DNA from: Candidatus Hebobacteria bacterium | GTDB taxonomy: Bacteria > Armatimonadota > Hebobacteria > Hebobacterales > Hebobacteraceae | DNA length: 50,067 bases | Direction: 5' to 3' | NCBI GenBank assembly: GCA_029821885.1 | Contig: JALGXV010000003.1 | Coordinates: 1 to 50,067, forward strand | Part shown: piece by piece, positions 35,005 through 44,375 of the stretch | How the letters are laid out: every line of letters starts with the position of its first letter | How positions within the stretch are numbered: the first letter of the stretch is position 1 | Made by a program: the position numbers and the translations under genes | Notes under the pieces: generated by a model | Databases searched by the model: none | What the model was told of the DNA's origin: nothing | Seen by the model: the letters and a program-made list of their open reading frames with translations, nothing else

Positions 35005-36704
35005 GCGCGGCCGCTCCGCCCCGTCGCGTGGGAGCCCGGGCCATCGTCTTCGTCGCTCTCGCGGCGGCCTGGACGCTGTTCGCGATGTATCCGAACCCGG
35101 CTGTGTTGGTCCGAAACCTCGCCCGCTACCGAAACCTCCCGATCGATCCCCAACTGGAACAGAAGAAGGGGTGGCAACTGCCCGGTGACGCGGGCACGAT
35201 CGAGCTCTTCGTGGATAGCCTTCTGCTCTCTAAACCCGACTGGCCGCTCTTCCGCGTTCCCTGGTATGTGCCGACCGCGCTGGAGGCCGCCGATATGACC
35301 CATGGCGACTGCGAGGCGAGGACGCTCGTCCTGGCAAGCCTCCTCGAGGGACAAGAGATCCCGTATGAGATCCGCGCGTCGTTCAGCCACCTTTGGGTCG
35401 ACTACGAGGGTCGAACCGCCCGCCCCGGCGAGTCGGCCGAGCTGGCCTACCTTCAGGGGAAGCCCGGCGCGCTGTCGACGCGATGGCCTGAGAGTGTGGA
35501 CTGGCGGAGCTTCCTCGCCACCCAGCGCAGCCAGCTCTGGGACGCGATGCCGCTGGCGCGCAAGGCCATCTGGATGCTCGGCCTGCTCTGGGGCGCGCTT
35601 GGTGCCGCACTCGTCGGGGGCCCGCCGCCCCGAGGGGACTTGGCCTCTGAGTGGCGAGCGCCTGCTCGCACCTACTGCCGCAAGGCGCTTTGGCTGGCCG
35701 TAGTCGCCTTCGCCTCGATTGCCCTAGCGTCCGGGCTGCGGCCGGCGATCAACAGCGCTCCATGGACACTGGCTGACCTTCGTGAGGTGACGGTCCTATC
35801 GCTTCTCGCGGGAGCATTTGCAGCCTGGCTCGTGGGCATTCGGTCACGCCTTGCGTTGAGCTTCGAGAGCGCACCCAATCGGATAGGGAGGACGTGGTCG
35901 CTGGGACTCCTGCGCGGATCTTCAGGCATCGACGAGTCCGAGATTGCGCAGTTCGAGCTGATGCAGTCGCGCTTCGCCTTCGGCGGATGGCTTGTCTGCG
36001 CGGCCCTGCAATCAGGGGAACGCATCAGGCTCCTGAGGTACAGAAGGGAGACTGCCGCGCGGGCAGCGCTCCATCGGCTTGGTGCAGATGCCACGCGTCC
36101 CATCGTGGTGCACGGCGATGGATCCGACTACTGGACGGCACCCGACGAGATCGGTCTCAATCTGCGGCGACGCGCTGCCGCGAGGCCGACGGTGGACGTG
36201 CTGCCAGCCCCGAGTGATCTGCACCTGGCCGTGGAGGGTGCGGCTTCAGGCTGGTCCATCGGATACGCGCGTCGTGAGGCCGGCGCAGTGAGGGTCCTTC
36301 TCACCATGGCCGGCATAACGGTAGGCGCTGCGGTCGCGGGCACCGTTCTGGTGGCGCTGTTCCCAGTCAGCCTTGCCACTTGGCTGCTGTGGTGCGTCTC
36401 CGTCTTGCTTCTGGGGATGACCATCTACGCTGCCATGTTGCTGAGAGAGGAGATACTATCTTGGCTCACCGGCTCGCGGGTCGAGGTGGCGGAGGGGCAG
36501 CTCCGCTTCCGGCGGGCCGATGGGAGAGTGGAATCGCTTCCGACGGACTCTATTGAGTCAGTCGAGCTGGGCCGACAGGACGACATCCCGACCATCGCCG
36601 TGGTCGCTCCCGAGCGCGTCATCCACGTGCGCCTCTACTGCGCGCCGAAGCACCGGGAGTGGGTGCGAGCGGCCATCGAGCGTGCCGTCGCAGCGCTGTC
36701 GTAG
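35001..36704 (+). CDS. Polytopic membrane protein with N-terminal transglutaminase-like cysteine-protease core and two PH-like soluble modules
   Basis: The start overlaps the Mut7-C stop (GTGA). The candidate triad context is GDCEARTLVLASLL ... FSHLWVDY. At least five hydrophobic segments are present. Two ~90-aa segments between or after the TMs resemble bacterial PH (bPH) domains. Confidence 0.65.
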   Translation: MSAAAPPRRVGARAIVFVALAAAWTLFAMYPNPAVLVRNLARYRNLPIDPQLEQKKGWQLPGDAGTIELFVDSLLLSKPDWPLFRVPWYVPTALEAADMTHGDCEARTLVLASLLEGQEIPYEIRASFSHLWVDYEGRTARPGESAELAYLQGKPGALSTRWPESVDWRSFLATQRSQLWDAMPLARKAIWMLGLLWGALGAALVGGPPPRGDLASEWRAPARTYCRKALWLAVVAFASIALASGLRPAINSAPWTLADLREVTVLSLLAGAFAAWLVGIRSRLALSFESAPNRIGRTWSLGLLRGSSGIDESEIAQFELMQSRFAFGGWLVCAALQSGERIRLLRYRRETAARAALHRLGADATRPIVVHGDGSDYWTAPDEIGLNLRRRAAARPTVDVLPAPSDLHLAVEGAASGWSIGYARREAGAVRVLLTMAGITVGAAVAGTVLVALFPVSLATWLLWCVSVLLLGMTIYAAMLLREEILSWLTGSRVEVAEGQLRFRRADGRVESLPTDSIESVELGRQDDIPTIAVVAPERVIHVRLYCAPKHREWVRAAIERAVAALS

Positions 36705-36921
36705 GCCTGCGGCAATCGTTCTGCGCGGGACAGCACCCTCCGAGACCACCCATTCTATCCGTGTCAAGTATTCAGACGTCGCCCGAGGAAGTGCGGGCCA
36801 GGACATGCCGGAAGTCGATGTCGGCCCAATCGTAGGTGATGGTAAGCTCACCGCCATCCCCCAGGAAGAGGTCACTGCGCTCCTTCACAGACCAGGCTGG
36901 GGAGGCTTGGGTGCGTCCCCC

Positions 36922-36951
36922 TTGTGGCGTCCCACCCGCGTGTGCTATACT
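36922..36951 (+). promoter_or_regulatory. Possible rpsT promoter (extended -10)
   Basis: TTGTGG, an 18-nt spacer, then TGC-TATACT. If this is correct, the TSS would fall inside the 5' arm of the hairpin at 36956-36971, so one of the two predictions may be wrong. Confidence 0.3.
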
Positions 36952-36980
36952 GGGGCCTCCACTTCTGGAGGTGGGAGTCC

Positions 36981-37253
36981 TTGGCGAATCTGAAGTCGTC
37001 GAAGAAAGACATCATCCGGTCTCGCAAGCGGCGCCTGCGCAACACGGCCTGGAGGTCTCGCTGCAAGACGCTGGTGAGGAAGGCGCGCACGGCGATCTCC
37101 TCGGGTGATCCGACTGTGGGGATCGAGCTATCGCGCCAGGCCTGCCGACAACTCGACAAAGCCGCCAGCAAGGGCGTCATTCACCCCCGTCAGGCAGCGC
37201 GCCGGAAGTCGCGCCTAACCCGTCGTCTCGCCAGACTCAGCGCCGGGGAGTAA
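36981..37253 (+). CDS. rpsT: 30S ribosomal protein S20
   Basis: The TTG start gives (M)ANLKSSKKDIIRSRKRRLRNTAWRSR..., a canonical S20 N-terminus. GGAGGTGGGAG RBS. E. coli rpsT also uses UUG. Confidence 0.9.
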   Translation: MANLKSSKKDIIRSRKRRLRNTAWRSRCKTLVRKARTAISSGDPTVGIELSRQACRQLDKAASKGVIHPRQAARRKSRLTRRLARLSAGE

Positions 37254-37350
37254 CGCTCGCCGGATCCTCGGCGCAGACCGCTCCCGCCCGGTGATCTTGT
37301 GTGTCGCGGATACACGCGCGCGTTGACCCGAGCAGCACCAGGCCGCTAGA

Positions 37351-38115
37351 ATGCCGCGGGGTTTTCTGGCGATGGGTGAAGGCGCAGTCGACCCGACAAT
37401 CGGCATCTCGGTTTCCTCCCGCGCGATTGGCTTAGGCGCGGACAGAAGAATGGCGGCCCGCGCGGCCCAGTCTCGTGATGCCATCGGGAGGCACGGCGCG
37501 GCCAGCATGTGGCTCACGCCGCAGACGGCCAGGGCTCTGGATCGCCTGGACGGCCTGTTGTTGGCCGGTGGCGGCGACATCGACTCGTCGCTCTGTCGCT
37601 ACGATGCCCAGCCCGACACCGCCAAGCTGCAGCATGTTGATCGCGCGCGGGACGAGTGCGAGTTGGAGCTCTGCCGCAGTGCGCTGGCTGAAGACATGCC
37701 CATATTGGGGATCTGCCGGGGGGCCCAGGTGTTGGGAGTGGCACTCGGCGGCAGCCTCCTGTGGGACATCGAGTCACAGGTCAAGGGGTCGAGACGTCAT
37801 CGGGAGGCCGAGGGTCGGCCGGAACCCGAGCACTGGATCGAGATAGCCGAGGGCAGTCGTCTGTCCGCCGTTCTGGGCCGCAGGAGAACGCGAGTGAACA
37901 GCGCCCACCACCAGGCCAACTCCCGCCTCGGGCAAGGGGTCACGCGCGCTGCCTGGTGTGAGGACGGGGTGGCCGAGGCGATCGAGCTCACGGAGGCCGC
38001 TTTTGTCCTCGGCGTTCAGTGGCACCCCGAGCGCATGGCCGAGTCGGCCGAGGCGCGGAGCATCTTCGCCGCGTTCGTCGCAGCTGCTCGGGATTGCCGT
38101 CTGGGGAAGGGATGA
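37351..38115 (+). CDS. Class I glutamine amidotransferase, peptidase C26 (gamma-glutamyl-GABA hydrolase-like)
   Basis: Family-like stretches are LLLAGGGDID, PILGICRGAQVL (nucleophile Cys), NSAHHQA and GVQWHPE. Confidence 0.8.
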   Translation: MPRGFLAMGEGAVDPTIGISVSSRAIGLGADRRMAARAAQSRDAIGRHGAASMWLTPQTARALDRLDGLLLAGGGDIDSSLCRYDAQPDTAKLQHVDRARDECELELCRSALAEDMPILGICRGAQVLGVALGGSLLWDIESQVKGSRRHREAEGRPEPEHWIEIAEGSRLSAVLGRRRTRVNSAHHQANSRLGQGVTRAAWCEDGVAEAIELTEAAFVLGVQWHPERMAESAEARSIFAAFVAAARDCRLGKG

Positions 38116-39569
38116 CACCGATGGCTCTTCGCGTCCTGCTCTGCACCTCTGAGGCCGTGCCGTTCGCCAAGACCGGTGGGCTGGCCGACGTGGCCGGGTC
38201 TCTGCCGCCCGCGCTCGCCAAGCTCGGGCACGATGTCCGGCTCGCGCTGCCCAAGTACGCCGCAATCGATACCGACAAGATCGAATCGCAGCCGGTCGGC
38301 GGCTCGTCGGATATCGAGTTGGGAGGCAGGGCAGTGGAGGTCCGCTTCGAGGTCAGCGATGCCATCGATGGCGTCCCGACCTATCTCGTTGACTGCCCTG
38401 TCTTCTTCGCCCGCGAGGGGCTCTACGGCCACCCGGACGATGCCGAGCGGTTCGCTCTGTTCTGCCGCGCGGTGCTGCGCTTTGTAGAGGAGGACGGCTG
38501 GCAGCCAGACGTGATTCACTGCAACGACTGGCAGACTGCACTCATCCCCGTGCTCCTGAAGACGATGTATGCCAAGCACTCAGCGCTGTCGAGGATAGGA
38601 ACCCTCCACACGATCCACAACCTGGCCTACCAAGGGCTGTTCGACGCGCCGGTGATGGGGGCCGTCGGCCTGGATCAATCGCTGTTCTCGCTCCGTGGGC
38701 TGGAGTTCTATGGTAAGGTGAACTTCCTGAAGGGCGGGCTTGTCTTCGCCGACCTCCTCAACACGGTGAGCAAGAAGTACGCGGAGGAGATCCAGAAGAA
38801 GGAGTTCGGCGAGCGCCTCGAGGGTCTGCTCACCGAGCGCAGGCAGGATCTCTATGGCATTCTGAATGGCATCGACTACGAGGTGTGGGATCCGTCCACC
38901 GACCGGTTGCTGGAGGCGAACTACGACTCTGATGGCCTCGACGGAAAGGCCGCCAGCAAGTCTGCCCTTCAGCGGGAGTGCAGGCTCCCCGAGCGCCCGG
39001 ATGTGCCGTTGATCGGTCTCGTGTCTCGGCTGGCGGCCCAGAAGGGCCTGGACCTCCTAGCCGAAGCTCTCCCGCATCTCCTCAGATGGGATGTGCAGTT
39101 TGTGCTGCTGGGCACTGGAGAGCAGTACTACCACGATCTTCTATCGCGGCTGGCTGCGGACTACTCGAGCAAGATGGCAGCAGTCTTGGAGTTCGACAAT
39201 CGACTGGCCCACCGAATCTATGCCGGCTCGGACATGTTTCTGATGCCATCGCGCTACGAGCCGTGCGGGCTCGGGCAGATGATCAGCCTCCGCTATGGAG
39301 CCATACCGATCGTTCGCAGCACCGGTGGTCTGGCAGACACTATCGAGGAGTACCACCCGGATACTGGAGCAGGGAACGGGTTCGTCTTCGAGGACTACAC
39401 CTCGGTATCTCTGTTGGGGGCCATCGGCCGAGCGGCGCTCGCCTACCAGGAGGGCAGAAGCTGGTCGCGACTGGTGCAGAACGCCATGTCGGCTGACTTC
39501 TCCTGGGAGCGCTCGGCGGCGAAGTACGCCGAGCTCTACCAGAAGGCAGTCGAACGGCGCCGGGGCTAG
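38112..39569 (+). CDS. glgA: Glycogen (starch) synthase, GT5
   Basis: Family-like stretches are LLCTSEAVPFAKTGGLADVAGSLPPALAKLGHDV, IHCNDWQTAL and PSRYEPCGLGQM. ATG 38112 overlaps the upstream stop (ATGA); ATG 38121 is an alternative. Confidence 0.9.
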   Translation: MTPMALRVLLCTSEAVPFAKTGGLADVAGSLPPALAKLGHDVRLALPKYAAIDTDKIESQPVGGSSDIELGGRAVEVRFEVSDAIDGVPTYLVDCPVFFAREGLYGHPDDAERFALFCRAVLRFVEEDGWQPDVIHCNDWQTALIPVLLKTMYAKHSALSRIGTLHTIHNLAYQGLFDAPVMGAVGLDQSLFSLRGLEFYGKVNFLKGGLVFADLLNTVSKKYAEEIQKKEFGERLEGLLTERRQDLYGILNGIDYEVWDPSTDRLLEANYDSDGLDGKAASKSALQRECRLPERPDVPLIGLVSRLAAQKGLDLLAEALPHLLRWDVQFVLLGTGEQYYHDLLSRLAADYSSKMAAVLEFDNRLAHRIYAGSDMFLMPSRYEPCGLGQMISLRYGAIPIVRSTGGLADTIEEYHPDTGAGNGFVFEDYTSVSLLGAIGRAALAYQEGRSWSRLVQNAMSADFSWERSAAKYAELYQKAVERRRG

Positions 39570-39573
39570 AGAG

Positions 39574-41526
39574 TTGCCCGTTTACCAGCCAAACGCCGTC
39601 GTCGGCAACTCCCAGGTCCTCGTCACTCTCGGCTCGCACGGCGAGCTGATGACGTTCTTCTACCCCCACATCGACTTCAGTCAGAACCTGCATGAGGGCA
39701 TGCCGGCGGTGTACTTCCTCAGCGGAGAGGGTCGGGCCGGCCGCCTGGTGTGGACCTTCGACGACGGCTGGGAGTCTGGCCAGCACTATGTTGGCCGCAC
39801 GAACATCGTGGAGACACGCCTCACTCACACCGCGAGCGGGCTCGGCCTCACCATCACGGACCTGGTGCATCCAGAGGAATGCGCTCTCCTGCGACGGTTT
39901 GTCGCGACGAATGCGTCACAGAAGCCGATCCGCGCGAAGCTCTTCCAGTACCTGGACGTGCAGCTCGGAGAGGTGGAGCACAAGAACGCCGTGCACTTCC
40001 ACGCCGAGCGCAGTCTCGGTGTCGCCTACTGGCGGAACATCTGCTTCGCCATCGGCGGGAGCGCTTTCGATGAGTATGGGTGTGGCCGCGCAAGCGCTGG
40101 AAGCCAAGATTCGGCCAAGCGTCAGCTCGGGCAGGGCGCGCTGAACCGCCAGTCCGAGGAGATAGGCGACGTCGACGTCGCTGTGGGTTGGGACATCTTC
40201 CTCAATGCCGGCGAAAGCACGTCGCGGGACCTCATCGTCGCGGCCGACTCCAACGAGATAGCTGCCGTTGCTCGCGCGGACGGCCTCCGCGACCTCGGCT
40301 GGGACGCCGTTCTCGGATGGACGCGCGCGCGGTGGGAGGAGCACGTGCAGAAGGCGGTGTCCATCGACATAGAGGACGATCTGGCAGAGGCCTACTACCG
40401 CTCCCTGCTGGCAATAGACCTGCTGGCCGATCCCGTGACTGGCTCCATCCTGGCAGCGCCCGAGTTCGATCCTTTCTTCGAGAGGTCCGGCGGTTACGGC
40501 TACTGCTGGCCGCGCGACGCGGTTGAAGTATGCCTGGCCATGGAGGCGGCCGGCTTCCCAGACTATCTCGCGCGCTTCCTGCGCTGGGCCAAGCGGACAC
40601 AGCGACCTGAGGGCTACTGGGAGCAGCGATATTGGCTCAGTGGAGAGCGTGGACCTGCCTGGTGTACATCCGAGGGTTCGCTCCAGATAGATCAGACGGC
40701 GTCGGTACTTTTCGCAATGGGCCGGCATGCACGAGCACTCGAAGGGCCCCAGAGGCTGGCCTTCCTCGAGGAGGTTTGGGACTGCGCGCGGAAGGCGGCC
40801 GAGTACCTCACCGAATCGATCTCGCCCGACACCCGCCTGCATGTTCCGGCCTTCGATCTCTGGGAGACCTTCAGGGGCAGCTTCACCTACTCTAACGCCG
40901 CCATCGCCGCGGCGCTTTCCGAGGCGGCCTATCTGGCGCGGCACTCGGGGCACAACAGCTTGGCCGAGAGATGGGCGTCGGCGGCCGAAGCGGTGAAGAA
41001 CGCAGTGATGTCGCGCCTGTGGCAGGGCGATCACTTCGCACGCGGAGTCGGAGTGGACGGCGAGTTGGACCGGCGCGCAGACGCATCCGTTGTGGGGATG
41101 GTCACGCCCTTCGAGTTCCTCCGACTCGATGATCCGCGCGAGCGCGACATGGCGGGGCGATGTCTCGAAAGCCTGGCGCGGGAACTGGCTCGGCATGCCG
41201 ATGGCGCTGAGACAATACTGCGCTTCAGCAATGATGGCTATGCAGGCGGCGGGCCGGGGGCTCTGACCACGCTCTGGTTTGCGCGGGGCTTGCTGCGACT
41301 TGCCCTTGCCCCCGGCACTGACTCGGCGACGCGGGCGGGCTACCGCGCGCGTGCAGTCGCGTCGATGCGCGCCGTGCTGCAGGCCGGGACGTCCACGGGC
41401 CTGCTCCCCGAGATGATGGGAAGCGGCCCGGGATCGCATTGGGCCGCGCCCCACGCCTGGACCATGGCTGCCTTCATCATGGCGTGTCTGCTGCTGGACA
41501 GGCTGGGAGGCCAGGCGCGCGACTGA
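39574..41526 (+). CDS. Glycoside hydrolase family 15 (glucoamylase/glucodextranase-like)
   Basis: I trimmed ORF 39295..41526 to an in-frame TTG at 39574, 4 nt after the glgA stop. Family-like stretches are YQPNAVVGNSQVLVTL, YGYCWPRDA and DLWETFRG. The exact start is uncertain. Confidence 0.85.
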   Translation: MPVYQPNAVVGNSQVLVTLGSHGELMTFFYPHIDFSQNLHEGMPAVYFLSGEGRAGRLVWTFDDGWESGQHYVGRTNIVETRLTHTASGLGLTITDLVHPEECALLRRFVATNASQKPIRAKLFQYLDVQLGEVEHKNAVHFHAERSLGVAYWRNICFAIGGSAFDEYGCGRASAGSQDSAKRQLGQGALNRQSEEIGDVDVAVGWDIFLNAGESTSRDLIVAADSNEIAAVARADGLRDLGWDAVLGWTRARWEEHVQKAVSIDIEDDLAEAYYRSLLAIDLLADPVTGSILAAPEFDPFFERSGGYGYCWPRDAVEVCLAMEAAGFPDYLARFLRWAKRTQRPEGYWEQRYWLSGERGPAWCTSEGSLQIDQTASVLFAMGRHARALEGPQRLAFLEEVWDCARKAAEYLTESISPDTRLHVPAFDLWETFRGSFTYSNAAIAAALSEAAYLARHSGHNSLAERWASAAEAVKNAVMSRLWQGDHFARGVGVDGELDRRADASVVGMVTPFEFLRLDDPRERDMAGRCLESLARELARHADGAETILRFSNDGYAGGGPGALTTLWFARGLLRLALAPGTDSATRAGYRARAVASMRAVLQAGTSTGLLPEMMGSGPGSHWAAPHAWTMAAFIMACLLLDRLGGQARD

Positions 41527-41531
41527 CGTAC

Positions 41532-43304
41532 ATGGAGATACCTGCAGTGGCACAAGATTTGTCCAGCAACGCCTGCGGTGCGTTCACCTTGGTACTCCAC
41601 GGGCATCTTCCGTACGTATTGACACACGGCACATGGCCGCACGGCTCGGACATGCTGTTCGAGTGTGCGGCGGAGAGCTACCTCCCGATACTGGAGACCT
41701 GCCAGCGTCTTGTCGCCGAGGGCGTGTCTCCCAAGGTTACGCTCGGCATGACGCCCGTGCTCGTCGAGCAGCTTACCCATCCTGACTTCAAGCGGCAGTT
41801 CACCGATTATCTCGATACGAGGATTCGCGCCGCGGCCGAAGACAGGGACCAGTTTGGCAAGGACCACGATGATGCCGGGGCCGAGGTTGCCCAGATGTGG
41901 CGGGAGCACTTCGAGCAGACGAAGCGAGCGTTTCTGGAGGACTACGGCGCCGACCTCATCGCGGCCTTCCGCCGGCTGCAGGACGATGGCCATATCGAGG
42001 TGATAACATCGGCGGCCACGCACGGGTACCTGCCGCTGCTGGGAACAGACGAGAGCATGCAGGCACAGGTGAAACAAGCTGTGTCTTCTTACAAGCGTCA
42101 TTTTGGGCGGCAGCCCCGAGGATTCTGGCTGCCGGAGTGCGCATACCGGCCGCGATACGCGTGGGCATCCCCGCTGCCGGCGGCGGGGCCGCAGGAGCCG
42201 ACACTGCGCAAGGGCGTCGAGGAGTTCCTGGCGGAGAACGGCCTCCAGTACTTCATCGTCGACACGGCAACGATCCTCGGGGGGGCCGCCACCGGCGTAT
42301 ACGTCGAGCGATTCGAGGGGCTCCAGCGGTTGTGGGAGCAGTTCCGGGCTTCCTACAAGCCCGGCCCGGTGGCGACGGACAAAACGCCGTACGAGGCCTA
42401 CCTGGTTCACTCGGCGGTGGAGGACCGGCCGCCGGTGGCCGTGTTCGGACGGGACGAGCGCACAGGCATTCAGGTCTGGAGCGGCGAGCACGGATACCCG
42501 GGGGATGGTTGGTACTTGGATTTCCACAAGAAGCGTTTCCCCGGCGGGCACCGGTATTGGCGGGTCACCTCGGCCGAGTCGGACCTCGGCGCGAAGGAGC
42601 GTTACGAGCCTCAGCGCGCAGCCGAGAGGGTGCCGGAGAACGCCGACCACTTCTGCGGTCTGGTACACGACATTCTGACTCAACACCACGCCGAGAGCGG
42701 CAGGTACGGCATCGTGTGTGCGCCCTACGACGCGGAGCTCCTGGGCCACTGGTGGTTCGAGGGGCCCGAGTGGCTCTACCGTACACTGCGGGGGATCAGC
42801 ATGAATCCCGCGGTCGATCTCGTCACCTGCTCGGAGTATCTCGCAGCGAGCACGCCAGAGGCCGCGGTGGCACTGCCCGAGAGCTCGTGGGGTGAGGGCG
42901 GCTTTCACTGGATCTGGCTCAACGATTGGACCACTTGGATCTGGGAGCGGATCTATGGCGCGGAGCTCGACTTCCCGGATCTGGCGCGGCAGGCGCTGGC
43001 GTCGGGAGATGGGAAGCTCCAGGACATCGTCACGCAGGCGGCGCGCGAGCTGCTGCTGCTCGAGGCCTCCGATTGGCCGTTTCTCATTTCGACCTGGAGT
43101 GCACGAGACTACGCCGAGCACAGGGCCACCTTCCACCACGATGCCTACAGCCGGCTGGTGGAAATGGCAAGGAGGAGGATTGGGGGCGGCGCCTCGAGCA
43201 TCGAAGACGAGGAGTTCCTGGAGCTCTGCAAGAAGCAGGACGCGCTCTTTCCGGATGTCGACCTCACCTGGTGGTCCTCGGTGGAGCGGCCGGCTTCGGA
43301 GTGA
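41532..43304 (+). CDS. GH57 family 1,4-alpha-glucan branching enzyme
   Basis: I trimmed to ATG 41532. Family-like stretches are FTLVLHGHLPYV...GTWPHG, ITSAATHGYLPLL, FWLPECAY and APYDAELLGHWWFEG. Confidence 0.85.
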   Translation: MEIPAVAQDLSSNACGAFTLVLHGHLPYVLTHGTWPHGSDMLFECAAESYLPILETCQRLVAEGVSPKVTLGMTPVLVEQLTHPDFKRQFTDYLDTRIRAAAEDRDQFGKDHDDAGAEVAQMWREHFEQTKRAFLEDYGADLIAAFRRLQDDGHIEVITSAATHGYLPLLGTDESMQAQVKQAVSSYKRHFGRQPRGFWLPECAYRPRYAWASPLPAAGPQEPTLRKGVEEFLAENGLQYFIVDTATILGGAATGVYVERFEGLQRLWEQFRASYKPGPVATDKTPYEAYLVHSAVEDRPPVAVFGRDERTGIQVWSGEHGYPGDGWYLDFHKKRFPGGHRYWRVTSAESDLGAKERYEPQRAAERVPENADHFCGLVHDILTQHHAESGRYGIVCAPYDAELLGHWWFEGPEWLYRTLRGISMNPAVDLVTCSEYLAASTPEAAVALPESSWGEGGFHWIWLNDWTTWIWERIYGAELDFPDLARQALASGDGKLQDIVTQAARELLLLEASDWPFLISTWSARDYAEHRATFHHDAYSRLVEMARRRIGGGASSIEDEEFLELCKKQDALFPDVDLTWWSSVERPASE

Positions 43305-43383
43305 GCGCGACGTCGATTGTCGGCCCCTTGGATTGGACTAGTCGGGCCAACTGGGGTCTTACAAGAGGAGAGGTCAGCAGGCC

Positions 43384-44340
43384 GTGTCTGAGCCGGGGTC
43401 CTCTAGCTTGCATGACACTGTGCACCGACTGCAGCGGCGGCTGTGGCTGGAACGGACCGTGTCGCTTGGGCTGCTCGGCCTACTGGCCGCTCTCTACCTG
43501 GGTGTGGTGCCGGGGGCGCGCCGGGCCACCTTGATAGCGGCCGACGGTCAGCCGGTGACGGTCGTCCCCAGCGAGAAAGATGCCCGCCGGCTGCTCGAGC
43601 AGGTGAAGGCCGCCTCGGGCCTCCCGGCCGACAAAGTCGGCTTCGTCCAGAAGGTGAGTTTCCACTCGGTTGCGGAGTCCCGCAATCCGCCTCAGTCCGA
43701 TCGCGAAGCCATGGCGGCTCTCTCCGACAGCCTGGATCTGGTCGTCGCGGCCGCGGCCGTGGTGGCACAGGGCCAACTGGTGGTCGGCCTGCCCGATCAG
43801 CAACAGGCCGTCAAGACATTGTCTCTCATCTTGAGCGAGTTCTCGCCTCGAGACGCGGCGACGCCCCCGTACTTCAAGGAGAGCGTCAAGGTCGATATGC
43901 GAAACGTCCCGGCGGACGCATTCTGCAGCACGGCACAGGAAGCTCTGACGAGGATATTGGAGGAAGGCGCGCCCAAGGCCGAACATGAGGTCGTGCGGGG
44001 CGACTCCGCATGGGAGTTGGCGCGGAAGTACGAGGTCCCCCTCACCAGGCTGGCAGTGGCCAATCCCGAGCTGGACATGAGCCATCTGCAGGTTGGACAG
44101 AAGCTCAAGATCCCCGGCGAGCTTCCGCCGCTAACCGTGATCGCCTACCGCGAGGTCGAACTCCCGGCCGGAGAGGGGGAGCTGGCGGGCGCGCGCAAGG
44201 TCCGCATCACATATGAGAATGGCGTTGAGGTGAAGCGGGAGGTCATCGGTCGCAGGATAGCGTCACAGCAACGGCCGGAAAGCGCCCCGCCCGGCGCGCC
44301 CGCTGATCCCTGGCGCTGGCGCGACGAGATAGCCCAGTGA
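43384..44340 (+). CDS. Membrane-anchored LysM domain protein (possible G5-like C-terminus)
   Basis: GTG start (GAGGAGAGG upstream) and one N-terminal TM. The LysM motif is VVRGDSAWELARKYEVPLTRLAVANPELDMSHLQVGQKLKIP. Confidence 0.7.
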   Translation: MSEPGSSSLHDTVHRLQRRLWLERTVSLGLLGLLAALYLGVVPGARRATLIAADGQPVTVVPSEKDARRLLEQVKAASGLPADKVGFVQKVSFHSVAESRNPPQSDREAMAALSDSLDLVVAAAAVVAQGQLVVGLPDQQQAVKTLSLILSEFSPRDAATPPYFKESVKVDMRNVPADAFCSTAQEALTRILEEGAPKAEHEVVRGDSAWELARKYEVPLTRLAVANPELDMSHLQVGQKLKIPGELPPLTVIAYREVELPAGEGELAGARKVRITYENGVEVKREVIGRRIASQQRPESAPPGAPADPWRWRDEIAQ

Positions 44341-44375
44341 TAGGGCCACGGCGTCCGAAGGACAGAACAGGTCGG

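Noticed and set aside
39916-43139. Long minus-strand ORFs 39916..41553 (545 aa) and 41340..43139 (599 aa)
   Set aside because: They are antisense to the GH15 and GH57 genes, which carry diagnostic motifs. The antisense translations are R/G/P-rich.
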